NCBI GenBank assembly: GCA_964016885.1
Contig: OZ024755.1
Coordinates: 11,470,001-11,534,000, forward strand
DNA from: Eledone cirrhosa
Lineage: Eukaryota
Direction: 5' to 3'
DNA: 64,000 bases
The notes beneath the pieces were generated by a model, which did not search any database, was not told the origin of the DNA, and saw only the letters and a list, made by a program, of their open reading frames with translations. This document shows positions 40,559-55,149 of this stretch, piece by piece. Each line of letters starts with the position of its first letter. Within the stretch, counting starts at the first letter, position 1. The translations under genes and the position numbers were made by a program.

Positions 40559-42177
40559 TATGTGTGTATGTGTGTGTGTGTGTGTTTCTCTGAGCGTATA
40601 TATTGTGGTAAGGGCGTGGTAGGGGGACGGAGATTATCATAAACTGTGCAGAAAGGTAAGAGTGTGGAGTGGGGTGGGGTATGGAGAGGGGAGGTATGTG
40701 TGTGTGTGTGTGGAGTGGGGGACGTTGGGGTGGGGTGGGGTATGATGAGGGGGTGTATATGTGTGTGCGTGAAGTGGGGACGTTGTTGTGTGGAGAGGGG
40801 AGGTATGTGTGTGTGTGGAGTGGGGGACGTTGTTGTATGGAGAGGGGAGGTATGTTTGTGTGTGGAGTGGGGGACGATTGTGGGTGGGGTGTGTGTGTGG
40901 AGTGGGGGACGATTGTGGGTGGTGTGTGTGTGGAGTGGGGGACGATTGTGGGTGGGGTGTTTGTGTGGAGTGGGGGGACGTTGTTTTTGTTAGGTTTTAC
41001 AAATCTTTTCTACTAACTCAATCAGTAACTCAATCTGTGTTAAACGTATGTGTGTGTGTATATGTATGTATGTGTGCATGTATGTGTGCATGCATGTGTG
41101 TGTGTGTGTGTGTGTATGTACACAGTTTGGACGTGCGTACGTGTGAAGGCATACATATATTTGTATATATATACACACATTTCAATGTGCCTCCATATGT
41201 ATACATACATATACATATATATATATATATATATATTTTATAAATACATACACAAATATGTATGCGTAATACTATGTTTATCTATGTACACAAATGTATA
41301 CGTGGACCCAAAGGAGTGTATATACGCACGTACTCATTAATGATATGTATGTGTATGTATGATTGTATGTATGTATGTATGCGTGTGTGTGTATGCATGT
41401 ATGTATGATTATATGTAGTGTATGTATGTATGTATGTATGTATGTATGATTGTGTGTATGTATGTATGTAGTGTATGTATGTAGTGTATGTATGTATGTA
41501 TGTATGTATGCGTGTGTGTGTGTATGCATGTATGTATGATTATATGTAGTGTATGTATGTAGTGTATGTATGTATGTATGTATGTATGTAGTGTAGTGTA
41601 GTGTAGTGTAGTGTAGTGTATGTATGTATGTATGTATGTATGTGTGTATGTATGTATGAATGTATGTAGTGTATGTATGTAGTGTATGCATGTAGTGTAT
41701 GTATGCATGTAGTGTATGTATGCGTGTGTGTGTATGTATGTATGATTATATGTAGTGTATGTATGTGTATCTTCATACAGGCAAGCACATATGGCAAAAC
41801 GTTAACCTGAAAACAATTGACTGCCGAAGCATATCGTCAGATGGAATCACTTGGGTATGAGGTGGAAAGTCAGGTTGTGGGGTAGGCGGGGCTGTGGTAC
41901 AGGTGTAGTTATAGGCAAGGATGGGGGAGTGAAGGGGAGAGTAGAAAGAGAAGGGAAGGCTGGAGTCAGAAGGTCAGGTCATGTAGAGTAAAGTAGGAAA
42001 TGATGGTGGTGGTGAAGGTGGTGTGGATATAGTGGTAATGGTGCTGCTGGTGGTTTAGGTGGAGTAAGGGCAGATCTGAAGATCCAGGTATGGCCTATAA
42101 ATAGAGTGGGAAATGAGAAGTTCTGGTGGGTTGGGGTCTTCAATTCTGGGTAGATAAAGGTGTCAGGTTTATTAAGT

Positions 42178-43712
42178 TAAGGTGTCGAGCTTGGTGGATC
42201 AAGGAGTCGAGCTTAGTGGATCAAAGTCTCGAGCTTAGTGGATCAAAGTGTCGAGCTTAGTGGATCAAAGTGTCGAGCTTAGTGGATCAAAGTGTCGAGC
42301 TTAGTGGATCAAAGTGTCGAGCTTAGTGGATCAAAGTGTCGAGCTTAGTGAATCAAAGTGTCGAGCTTAGTGAATCAAAGTGTCGAGCTTAGTGGATCAA
42401 AGTGTCGAGCTTAGTGGATCAAAGTGTCGAGCTTAGTGGATCAAAGTGTCGAGCTTAGTGGATCAAAGTGTCGAGCTTAGTGGATCAAAGTGTCGAGCTT
42501 AGTGAATCAAAGTGTCGAGCTTAGTGGATCAAAGTGTCGAGCTTAGTGGATCAAAGTGTCGAGCTTAGTGGATCAAAGTGTCGAGCTTAGTGAATCAAAG
42601 TGTCGAGCTTAGTGGATCAAAGTGTCGAGCTTAGTGGATCAAAGTGTCGAGCTTAGTGAATCAAAGTGTCGAGCTTAGTGGATCAAAGTATCGAGCTTAG
42701 TGGATCAAAGTGTCGAGCTTAGTGGATCAAAGTCTCGAGCTTAGTGAATCAAAGTGTCGAGCTTAGTGGATCAAAGTGTCGAGCTTAGTGGATCAAAGTG
42801 TCAAGCTTAGTGGATCAAAGTGTCGAGCTTAGTGGATCAAAGTGTCGAGCTTAGTGAATCAAAGAGTCGAGCTTAGTGGATCAAAGTGTCGAGCTTAGTG
42901 AATCAAAGTGTCGAGCTTAGTGAATCAAAGTGTCGAGCTTAGTGAATCAAAGTGTCGAGCTTAGTGAATCAAAGTGTCGAGCTTAGTGAATCAAAGTGTC
43001 GAGTTTAGTGGATCAAAGTGTCGAGCTTAGTGGATCAAAGTGTCGAGCTTAGTGAATCAAAGTGTCGAGCTTAGTGGATCAAAGTGTCGAGCTTAGTGAA
43101 TCAAAGTGTCGAGCTTAGTGAATCAAAGTGTCGAGCTTAGTGAATCAAAGTGTCGAGCTTAGTGAATCAAAGTGTCGAGCTTAGTGAATCAAAGTGTCGA
43201 GCTGAGTGGATCAAAGTGTCGAGCTTAGTGGATCGAGGTGTCGAGCTTAGTGGATCGAGGTGTCGAGCTTAGTGGATCAAGGTGTCGAGCTTAGTGGATC
43301 GAGGAGTCGAGCTTAGTGGATCAAAGTGTCGAGCTTAGTGGATCAAAGTGTCGAGCTTAGTGGATCAAAGTGTCGAGCTTAGTGGATCAAAGTGTCGAGC
43401 TTAGTGGATCAAAGTGTCGAGCTTAGTGGATCAAGGTGTTGAGCTTAGTGGATCAAAGTGTCGAGCTTAGTGGATCAAAGTGTCGAGCTTAGTGGATCGA
43501 GGTGTCGAGCTTAGTGGATCAAGGTGTTGAGCTTAGTGGATCAAGGTGTTGAGCTTAGTGGATCAAGGTGTTGAGCTTAGTGGATCAAGGTGTCGAGCTT
43601 AGTGGATCAAGGTGTCGAGCTTAGTGGATCGAGGTGTCGAGCTTAGTGGATCGAGGTGTCGAGCTTAGTGGATCGAGGTGTCGAGCTTAGTGGATCAAAG
43701 TGTCGAGCTTAG
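42178..43712. repeat. 22-bp minisatellite GTGTCGAGCTTAGTGGATCAAA, about 70 copies
   Basis: Directly visible. Confidence 0.97.
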
Positions 43713-44791
43713 ATAGATCAGAATCTCAAGTTCCGGGTGGATTGGTTTATAATATATGTCCCAAGCCTGAAGACTCATCAGGCCAGATCTTATCTCAGTT
43801 GACATTAAGTGACTGAGAGTACAAAGCCATCCGCTAGTTGACAGCACAACAGTCCGTTACTTGTTTACCTCAAACCCACCCCAGTCGTTATTGGTACTCA
43901 TTTTCAGTTGAGTTAACTAAAATGAAATATTGTATGCCCCAAAACACTTGACACCCAACTAGAAATCGAACCCAAGATATTACGATCATAAGCCTAAAAC
44001 TCTGACCACTTGGCGGTGGTGGATTGAGATAACAAGTGTAAGTGAACTGAATCAGAGATAAGCAACAAATGGATCAGGTATTGAATGTGCTAAGAACAAA
44101 GTGTCCTCCTTACACTATGTTATCTCAATATTCAGTATTTTACTGAAGACACCACTAAATTACAGGTATTTAACACCCCAAAACACTGATAACTTAAAAG
44201 TGACGAAATACTATAGAAGTATATGACAAAGGTGCAAATAATAAAAACAGATGAAATGATGAAAATGCAGAAAGTAGTTCAACAGTGAGGGGTTACACTA
44301 AGCTGAAAGGAGATAAAAAAAAAACAATGGTGGAGAGATCAGGACTTCAAAGTCAAGACCATGAGCAACAAAATAAGTCATTCCTTTTAAGAATGTTGCT
44401 AATCACTGACAGAAAGGGGAGAGAGAGAGTGGGTGATAGGGAGAGAGAGTAGGTGATAGGGAGAGAGAAAGGGAGAAAATTACAGAAATGAAAGAAAATA
44501 ATGAGAAATTACAAAGGGTGAAGGAAAATAATGAGTGAGAGAGAGAAAGAGAGACAAACAGATAAGGTGAGAGAGAGAGAGAGTGGGTGAGAGAGAGAGA
44601 GAGTGGGTGAGAGAGAGAGAGGGTGAGAGAGAGAGAGAGTGAGTGAGAGAGAGAGAAAGAGAGAGAGTGAGAGAAAGAGACTGAGAGAGAGTGAGAGAAA
44701 GAGAGTGAGAGAAAGAGTGAGAGAAAGAGAGTGAGAGAAAGAGTGAGAGAAAGAGTGAGAGAAAGAGTGAGAGAAAGAGAGAGAGAAAGAG

Positions 44792-44822
<31 letters not shown>

Positions 44823-45867
44823 GATAGGATGAGAGAGTGAGTGAGTGAGTCAGAACGAAATGCAGAATGAAAAAAGAAATAATAATAATAATTAGCTCTA
44901 CAAAGACCAGCAATTTGAAGGGGAGGGAAAAGTGGAATAAATCAACCTCAGTGCATTACTGGTGTTACATGTTATCACCCCCATAAGGATTAAAGGCAAA
45001 GCTAACCTCGGCAGGATTTGAACTCAGAATGTAAAGAGATGTGAACAACTTTAATTAAACAAAGTGTGTGAGAGAGAGCAAGCAAGCAGGCAAGCGTGTG
45101 TGCGTTTGGTAGTAGTAGTAGTAGTAGTATCCGCAACATTTATCAACATTTCAGCATTATTTTATCTGTGCTCTGTTCCAAGTAAGGAATGGAATGGAAG
45201 TTAGCAAGATCACAACACTTTGAAGTGGAGCTGTTATATGTAATATACAGTCAACTTTGCCCAGTAATGCTACGGTTTGAAAAAGTTAAAACATGAGGAT
45301 ATCACAGAGTGGGCAGAAGCCAATGCCATTGAGATTGTATGGAATATCACTTTGAACACTGACAAAGACTTGATGATGACTGAGCTAAGATATTGTCATG
45401 GAATGGAAGTTGTTATATAACTGTAGTTTGGACAATGGTTGAGTTATCAGAGAGAATATTTAGGAGTAAGAGGTGGGGGGAGGGAGAAGAGGGTATAAAG
45501 AAAGGTAAGAAAGAAAGGTAAGAAAGAGAGATAAAAGAAAAGAGAGATAAAAGAAAGGAGAGAATTAAGAGAAAGAAGAGAGGAAATGAAAAAGAAGGAA
45601 AGAGAATGAAAAAGAAGGAAAGAGAATGAAAAGAAGGTGAGAGAAAATGATTAAAACAACAAAAGAGAGGATATGGAAAAAACAAAGAAAAGGGGAATGA
45701 AAAAGAGAGAGAATGAATAAGAGAAACAAGGAAAATAAATGGAAAGAAGGTAGGAGAATAAAATACATGAAAGTGAAGAAAGAATGAAAGTGAAGAAAGA
45801 ATGAAAGTGAAGAAAGAAAGAAAGAAAGAAAGTGAAGAAAGAAAGTGAAGAAAGAAAGAAAGAAAGT

Positions 45868-45908
<41 letters not shown>

Positions 45909-46369
45909 AATGACAAAGAATAAAAGTGAAGGAAAAAAAGAAAGAATGAATGAAAGAGAGATAAAAAGGAAAAAGAATGAAAGAGATATAAAAAAGAAAA
46001 AGAATGAAAGAGATATAAAAAGAAAAATGAAAAAAATAATGATGACAACGACGGTGATGATGATGATGACTGTGATGATGATGGATTATTTCATTGAATT
46101 TTCTCTTACTCTTTACTATTTAAAACATTGTATGGTTTAAATTAGAATAATAAGAGATAATATGCAGTCGATCAACAAAATCCCAGACCTCATTCCCTTA
46201 ATTGGTGGGGTGGAGCTCATCTCAGACCAAGAAAAAGATGTTTCCATTGGTCTTTCCAATTACTAATACCTTCTACTTGTCGCAAATCCAGACAGAGGGA
46301 GCAATGTGAAATAAGGTACCTTGCTCAAGACCATAGCGCCCCCACAAGGATGATTAAAAATCATTATTA

Positions 46370-46920
46370 TGGTGGATAATCCCACCGAGATTGACTTTGC
46401 CTTTCATCCTTAAGGGGTCGATAAAATAAAGTACCAGTAATGTACTGAGTGATTGCTGGCCTTGTGCCTAAAGTAGAAACAATTATTATGGTGGATTGGC
46501 ATAGAGGGTTGGACGCCATGCTTTGACGCATTGAGTTACGGCCCTTGCCATTCTGAGTTCAAATTCCGCCGAGATTAACTTTGCCTTTCATCCTTACAGG
46601 GTCGATAAAATAAAGTACCAGTAATGCATTGGGTAATTGCTGGCCTTGTGCCAAAAGTAGAAACAATTATGATAACTACATTATATTACTATTTAAAGTC
46701 TTTACTCTAGGTCTGCTAATTTTTACAACAATCTGTACACTAGTATAGATACTATAAACAATTGAATTAATTGTTTCTACTTTAGGCACAAGGCCAGCAA
46801 TTACCCAGTGCATTACTGGTACTTTATTTTATCGACCCCGTAAGGATGAAAGGCAAAGTTAACCTTGGCGGGGTCTGAACTCACAATGGCAAGGTCCGTA
46901 ACTCTATACGTCAAAGCATA
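46370..46920. mobile_element. SINE family 1 cluster (two plus copies, one minus copy)
   Basis: Matches the family consensus. Confidence 0.85.
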
Positions 46921-47201
46921 TTGAATTAATAACACATCTTTAGATATTTCCAGCTAAATTATTAGAAGATATTAAGAGTTAATTAAATTTCATGAGAGAA
47001 GAAGAGACATATAGATTACCCCGCCTCCATACCCAACTCAATGCCGGTGTCTTTACTTGTGAACATTCCATAATGAATCTATCCCTACATTACCTGGAAG
47101 TATGTGCTTCTCAGATAAACTACAATGCAGCTGCTAGTGAAATTGAATTTTTCATGTAAAATCTGATAGTCCAATATTACATCCAATCTTCCATTTTACT
47201 T

Positions 47202-47264
<63 letters not shown>

Positions 47265-47739
47265 CAAACATATGCACACATACACAGATATACCCACACA
47301 AATAAAACTAAATACATACAGCACACACAACATATTCACACATCTACATACACGCAATCACACACACATATATCCACACAAATAAAAGGAAATACAAACA
47401 GCACAAACACACACTCATGCATGTATTTACATATATATATACACACATACATATACACCACAACCACAACACAAACTAGTGGTGCAACAGCTGCACATTA
47501 TACTATATGAGAAACTGCAGTATTGTTTCTTGTATGAATTATATGATGGATGCTTGATATTTAATCCAATTTGGAATTAATATAAAATATAATTATCAAA
47601 TATGTGAAAACAATTTATTATAATTATGAAACATTTCTCTTTTCAGAAAGTATACAAAAATTAGGTGGTAATGCCTTGTGGTTTTTGTTTCAACACTCTG
47701 CTCTCTGAGTTCAAATCCTGCTGAGGTCAACTTTACCTG

Positions 47740-48420
47740 TCCCCCACTCAATATGGTCCTTTGCTATCTCAACTGTGAGCTTTAACAATTTGTGATTAGC
47801 TCTTCTCGCAACCTTTGTCAATGCCTTCCTTGGTTTCTCTCCTCTGCAGTTTCCTTCCACTGGGATTTCATAGCACATTTTCACCCAACGGACATCATCC
47901 ATATGTGCTACATGTCTGTACCATCACAGTTTTCTCTATTGCACACTACATCTGATTCCTCTCACCCAGCTTTTCTATCATCTCATTTATGCTTCATTGT
48001 TCATTACTATTGTATATCAATCAGAGCATGCTCAATTCATTTCTCTCCAACCTTTGCAAATCATCAGCATTCATTGCTCATGTCTCACTTCCATGCAACA
48101 TCATGCATTGCCCCCAGGCAATCTACAGCTGACCTTTCATACATAGTCAGAAAAAAATTTGTTGTAAAAAATGGTAGCAGTCCCCTGACCACTTTCCACC
48201 TTGTTCGAGTTGCTATGCTCACAAAACAACCCCCATCATTGCTAATAGGTCACCTAGGCAACAGAAGCTATCAACCACTTCTATTGATCCTTCTTGTGAT
48301 TGTAAAAAGTTTATTTTACTGATGTTCTTACTACAAACTATCTCTATTTGTTTGCTACACACAAAGTCTACCTTTTCTATTAGTCTAGTTTTAACCTTGT
48401 TTGTAAAATGGGAGTGCAAC
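47740..48420 (-). mobile_element. Degenerate RTE-clade LINE, 3' part of the RT ORF
   Basis: Frameshifted peptides SIEVVDSFCCLGD (VxxFxYLG motif) and MDDVRWVKMCYEIPVEGNCRGEKPRK (RTE C-terminal W.K...VEG.R.RGRPRKTW). Confidence 0.75.
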
Positions 48421-49671
48421 TAGCATGATAAAACATCTAGTATAGTTTATAAACAGATACAGACAGCACACTCTATAAAGTGGTTGATAATAGTAAGAGT
48501 ATCAAGTCATAATAGAAAAATGCCAAAACAAGCTTCAGGAGGACTCTTTAGTTGTATCAAAGACATGACAGTCTGCCTAATGATGGGGCCATGATAAAAT
48601 GCCCTTGGTAGAACACAGGAATGTATATAAGTGTGATGTAGAACCCCCAGCCCATCTGAATGGTCAGTAACTCCACTTGAATATTAACTCAGCCTGTGAA
48701 AGTCTATCAAACTCTTGTTAACAGGGAAAACAGATGTTACATGATGATGATAATGACTCAATTCACTTTACATTCAATTTAGAAATATTTTCGCTCTCAC
48801 CCGATTAAGGCTTTTGCTACCAATCTCACTCAAACTAAATGTCTACATGTCTTTCTACAATACTAAACCATTTATTTTAAAATGTTTATGTTTATTTCAA
48901 AACCTTCAATGAACATTTTATGTTAGAACATCTTATTCAGTTATGTTCCTAACACCAGCCTAATAATGAGAAAGTTAATTATATTACTAAATTACTTTGA
49001 ATTCTTGATTATTTTCAAAATTATTTGAAAATCAAAGACAGTACCTTTCACTAGAAATATGGTAACAAAAATTTAACAACATTTCACTAGTGCTATGAGC
49101 CAACCATTCTGTCTGCCGGGGCTGTGGGTGGTCCCCATCGCGTATCACTTTTGTAAATATGACAAGAGTTTATGATTTAACAATAAAGTTTACAACAGCT
49201 TAAGTAAAAAAAATCAAAAGTATAAAAAAAAAATCCCCCCCAAAAATCCCCAAAAAATGTAAATAAATTACAGAGGTTAGGCAGCATCCATGGAGTCCTT
49301 TGAACTGCTAAAAATAATAAACAAATTGCCCTCAAATTACACAGTACTGTCTTTCATAAAGAAGAATGCACTTAAGAATTTGTCTTATGCTAATCAAAGG
49401 GATGAGATGATCTAGAATTATAAAAGCACAACAACCCACCCAAGCTAAACACTGCTTTAAAAAAACATTTTTTGATTTAAAGTGTATTTTCATCAGTGTG
49501 TGTGTGTGATGAAGCCTCTCCAAGCTGGTAGTGTGAAATATAGGCTCTCCATGTTGGAAATAGTCCTAGGCCTGGACCAGATGTGAAATGTAAGCTTGCC
49601 AAGCTGAAAACAACCCATAACATCCTCTACATTTTAGTGATTTATATATTTATTGGTTAGTGAAAAGTATT

Positions 49672-49970
49672 CATCATCATCATCATCCTCGTTTAACGTC
49701 CACTTTCCATGCTAGCATGGGTTAGACGGGAGTTGTCCCACTTGAGGCAAGGTTGGTCGGGTGACTGTGTCTCGCTCATATAGGACTATCTGGCAGTTTT
49801 TCTACGGCTGGATGCCCTTCCTAACACCAACCACATTTACAGTGTGGAACTGGGAACTTTTTACCATGTTACCTACACGGCCACATTACAGCGTGGACTG
49901 TGTTTTTTTCTCGTGACACCTACACGATCTCGATCTCATATATTTGGACTGGATGTTGTGGTACCAACTT
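49672..49970 (-). mobile_element. SINE-like family 4
   Basis: Reverse-complement match to 26960-27240. Confidence 0.7.
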
Positions 49971-51858
49971 TATAGAGAAAGTGTTGGTGTTGGTGGGAGT
50001 GGGAGGATAGGGTAGGGGTAGTGGATTGGGGTGTATATTTGGTTAAGAGGTGCCTACTGAGTGTAGGTTTCACTTTGTACATAGGCAAGGCGGGTCTTCT
50101 GTATTACTGCATAGCTCCAAAGATCTCAGTCCAGTGACATTGTCTTAGAGAGGTGCAAGTGTGTAAGGTCGGAATTTATCAGATCGTCTCAGGTTTTTCT
50201 GGGTCTACCTACTCCGTAACTACCATCAATTTTGATCACCCTGCACTTTTTTATATATCTTATTCAATTATACAAATTTGTATAATATTGTGGTCCTTTA
50301 ACCTTTTTGATTAACAAACTGCCTGAAACCACTTCTAGTTTTATATAAAACTGTTTTAAACTATTTATATCTATATAAAAATCTTCTACCATTATATGTC
50401 AGAAACATTTATATTTCAAACACTATCTTTATAATTAGGTCAGTTATATTACTAAAGCTTTCCAAACACTTGATTATTTTCAAAATGTTTTGAAAATCAT
50501 AGGTAGAGTCTTTCATTAGAAATATGTTAATGGAAGGATTAAGATTTAGTAATGCATCCCAAGCGACCCCCTAGTTGACCTTTAGAGTAACACCGGACCT
50601 GAGCGTACATGAAAGTGTGGAAATATAGTGAGGTTCGCTTGAGGGAAGGGGTGGTGGGCTTTATTGAACTTTCATCTAGATCAAAGTTTATAACATAATA
50701 ACTATACTCTCTCTCTCTCTCTCTCTCTCTGGAAAGCAATGAACGTGCATTTCTGTGGTTTATCACCTAACTAAAACTGACTCACTTAATACTAGACATG
50801 TGGTTGTGTTGGACCTTCGTCGCTGACGACGAGTGTTCCAGTTGATGCCATCAACGGGACTACCAGCACGTGAACGAGATTAACGTGCAAGTGATTGAAC
50901 TCTCCACAAACACGTGAACTCTTAGGGAGATTCGGCGTGACACATTGTGTGACGGGTCAGTACCTTTGCATTACAAGTACAGGCCATCTTTTATTATAGT
51001 GCAAGTGGTTGTGTATTCCACAGACACGTGTACTCTTACAATCGTGAGGTGAGTACGCTAACCACTAGGCCACTCACATTCACCACAACTGGACATATAT
51101 AGATACGAACTTCATATGAATACACAGAGACAAGACGATAACAAGTCTGTGTCTGTGTAGTACACGACCGCGTCTGGGGAACAAGAACCCGTATTTGCAT
51201 GAAAATCATGACTGAATAAAAGGCACCTGGGATAAAAAGGATCACACCGACACACACCTGTGCCTTACACGTGGTTGTGCCCCCTGAAACTTCAGTCAAC
51301 TCATCCTCATGAATAACACGGCCCTGCCTAGCAGTAGTGGTTAAAGCTGGGCAGTATTAATCCACGCCGGGGACTCTAAGCTTTCATGTAGCTCAGGCCC
51401 TTTCTGGCACTTCAGTCTGATTAAAACAATTGACAGGCCCCTAGGGTTTCAGACTAGGCAGCCTTATGTATAATACAGTCCTGTCACCATCAGAGCCACC
51501 ATCACATGTACATTCCGACAACTGTAACGACTGGAATTTAATAGAGCCACATATATGTGTATAGAAATGCTAATGAGACGGGATAGACACACGCGGGACA
51601 ATTTATAAAATATACACTTGTACTTTTCTGTCATATATATACAGCCACTTCACACGTAAGAGCATGTGACATACACATATACATATATATATATACACAC
51701 ACAGACAGACAGACAGTCATATATATATATATATATATATCTGTCTGTCTGTCTGTCTGTATATATATGTCTCTCTCTCTATATATATATACACAGACAG
51801 ATATATATTATATATATAGACAGACAGACATATATATATATATATATATATGACTGTC

Positions 51859-51892
<34 letters not shown>

Positions 51893-51916
51893 CACACAGA
51901 CAGACAGACATACATA

Positions 51917-51957
<41 letters not shown>

Positions 51958-52088
51958 GGAATAGAATGAAACGAAATTTCATTTCTCACCCTTAGTACGG
52001 CACTTAACTCACTCGATATGCAAATTAGGCTGCTCAGCCGTTAATATGCATAAGGAAAGTATATACTTTCAGACGTTCAACCATCTGG

Positions 52089-52147
52089 CAGGAAGGTATA
52101 CGATGCTGACGATAGCTAATAAGCTTGAAACTAGTACATCGTTCCTG
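52089..52147 (+). ncRNA. Minimal type I hammerhead ribozyme
   Basis: Stem I ACGATG/CATCGT, extended by CAGGA/TCCTG beyond a bulge. Core CTGACGA 52106-52112; stem II AGCT-aata-AGCT; GAAA 52127-52130; palindromic stem III ACTAGT; GUA cleavage triplet. Confidence 0.8.
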
Positions 52148-52327
52148 TGACGTAGTTGCCTAAACACTGTACGGCGTAATTCGAGATGTTTGTTTACAAA
52201 CAAACAAACCAAGCATTATAATAAATGTTCGGTAAACTGATACGTGCATATATATATATATATACATACTACTGTGCGTCTGTATACATATATGTATGTA
52301 CGTATACATATATACATACATACTTAC

Positions 52328-52376
<49 letters not shown>

Positions 52377-52471
52377 CATACATACAACCGTACGTCTGTA
52401 TACATATATGTATGTACGTCTGTATACATATATGTATGTACGTACGTATACATACATACATACCTACTTAC

Positions 52472-52512
<41 letters not shown>

Positions 52513-52724
52513 CATACATACAAGCACTATGCGATGACACAGATACATACAAGCATGTATGTGACAGTACAACATTCATAAGATCATGTAACACACACAC
52601 ACACATACATACACGGGACGATGTGACACACAAATGGGCATTGGTGTAGTAAGCAACGTACACATACAAGCATGGGAAAATGAACACACATACACACGTG
52701 TCAACTATCTCACACACATGGATC

Positions 52725-55090
52725 GGACAGAAGTATACACCTGTATGTAGATGGGACAGTGGAAAAGACATTCATACATAGATGGACAGAAGTATACACC
52801 TGTATGTAGATGGGACAGTGAAAAAGACATTCATACATAGATGGACAGAAGTATACACCTGTATGTAGATGGGACAGTGAAAAAGACATTCATACATAGA
52901 TAAACAGAAGTATACACCTGTATGTAGATGGGACAGTGAAATAGACATTCATACATAGATAGACAGAAGTATACACCTGTATGGAGATGGGACAGTGAAA
53001 AAGACATTCATACATAGGTGGACAGAAGTATACACCTGTATGTAGATGGGACAGTGAAAAAGACATTCATAATAGACAGACAGAAGTATACACCTGTACG
53101 TAGATGGGACAGTGAAAAAGACATTCATACATAGATGGACAGAAGTATACACCTGTATGGAGATGGGACAGTTAAATAGACATTCATTTATAGACAGACA
53201 GAAGTATACACCTGTATGTAGATGGGACAGTGAAATAGACATTCATACATAGACAGACAGAAGTATACACCTGTATGTAGATGGGACAGTGAAAAAGACA
53301 TTCATACATAGATAGACAGAAGTATACACCTGTATGTAGATGGGACAGTGAAAAAGACATTCATACATAGATGGACAGAAGTATACACCTGTATGTAGAT
53401 GGGACAGTGAAAAAGACATTCATACATAGATGGACAGAAGTATACACCTGTACGTAGATGGGACAGTGAAAAAGACATTCATACATAGACAGACAGAAGT
53501 ATACACCTGTATGTAGATGGGACAGTGAAAAAGACATTCATACATAGATGGACAGAAGTATATACCTGTATGTAGATGGGACAGTGAAAAAGACATTCAT
53601 ACATAGACAGACAGAAGTATACACCTGTATGTAAATGGGTCAGTAAAATAGACATTCATACATAGATAGACAGAAGTATACACCTGTATGTAGATGGGAC
53701 AGTGAAAAAGACATTCATACATAGATAGACAGAAGTATATACCTGTATGTAGATGAGACAGTGAAAAAGACATTCATACATAGATGGACAGAAGTATACA
53801 CCTGTATGTAGATGGGACAGTGAAATAGACATTCATATATAGATGGACAGAAGTATACACCTGTATGTAGATGGGACAGTGAAATAGACATTCATACATA
53901 GATAGACAGAAGTATACACCTGTATGTTGATGGGACAGTGAAATAGACATTCATACATAGATATACAGAAGTATACACCTGTATGTAGATGGGACAGTGA
54001 AATAGACATTCATATATAGATGGACAGAAGTATACACCTGTATGTAGATGGGACAGTGAAAAAGACATTCATACATAGATGGACAGAAGAATACACCTGT
54101 ATGTAGATGGGACAGTGAAAAAGACATTCATTTATAGATGGACAGAAGTATACACCTGTACGTAGATGGGACAGTGAAAAAGACATTCATACATTGATGG
54201 ACAGAAGTATACACCTGTATGTAGATGGGACAGTGAAAAAGACATTCATACATAGATGGACAGAAGAATACACCTGTATGTAGATGGGACAGTGAAAAAG
54301 ACATTCATTTATAGATGGACAGAAGTATACACCTGTACGTAGATGGGACAGTGAAAAAGACATTCATACATAGATGGACAGAAGTATACACCTGTATGTA
54401 GATGGGACAGTGAAATAGACATTCATACATAGATGGACAGAAGTATACACCTGTATGTAGATGGGACAGTGAAATAGACATTCATACATAGATGGACAGA
54501 AGTATACACCTGTATGTAGATGGGACAGTGAAATAGACATTCATACATAGATGGACAGAAGTATACACCTGTACGTAGATGGGACAGTGAAAAAGACATT
54601 CATACATAGATAGACAGAAGTATACACCTGTATGTAGATGGGACAGTGAAAAAGACATTCATACATAGATGGACAGAAAAATACACCTGTATGTAGATGG
54701 GACAGTGAAAAAGACATTCATACATAGATATACAGAAGAATACACCTGTATGTAGATGGGACAGTGAAAAAGACATTCATACATAGATATACAGAAGAAT
54801 ACACCTGTATGTAGATGGGACAGTGAAAAAGACATTCATTTATAGATGGACAGAAGTATACACCTGTATGTAGATGGGACAGTGAAATAGACATTCATAC
54901 ATAGATGGACAGAAGTATACACCTGTACGTAGATGGGACAGTGAAAAAGACATTCATACATAGATATACAGAAGAATACACCTGTATGTAGATGGGACAG
55001 TGAAAAAGACATTCATACATAGATAGACAGAAGTATACACCTGTACGTAGATGGGACAGTGAAAAAGACATTCATACATAGATGGACACA
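52725..55090. repeat. 59-bp minisatellite, about 40 copies
   Basis: Unit GACAGAAGTATACACCTGTATGTAGATGGGACAGTGAAAAAGACATTCATACATAGATG. Confidence 0.97.
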
Positions 55091-55149
55091 GATAAGGGAC
55101 AGTTGCGCAACGTACACGTATATGGGATATCATCAATACATACATAAGT

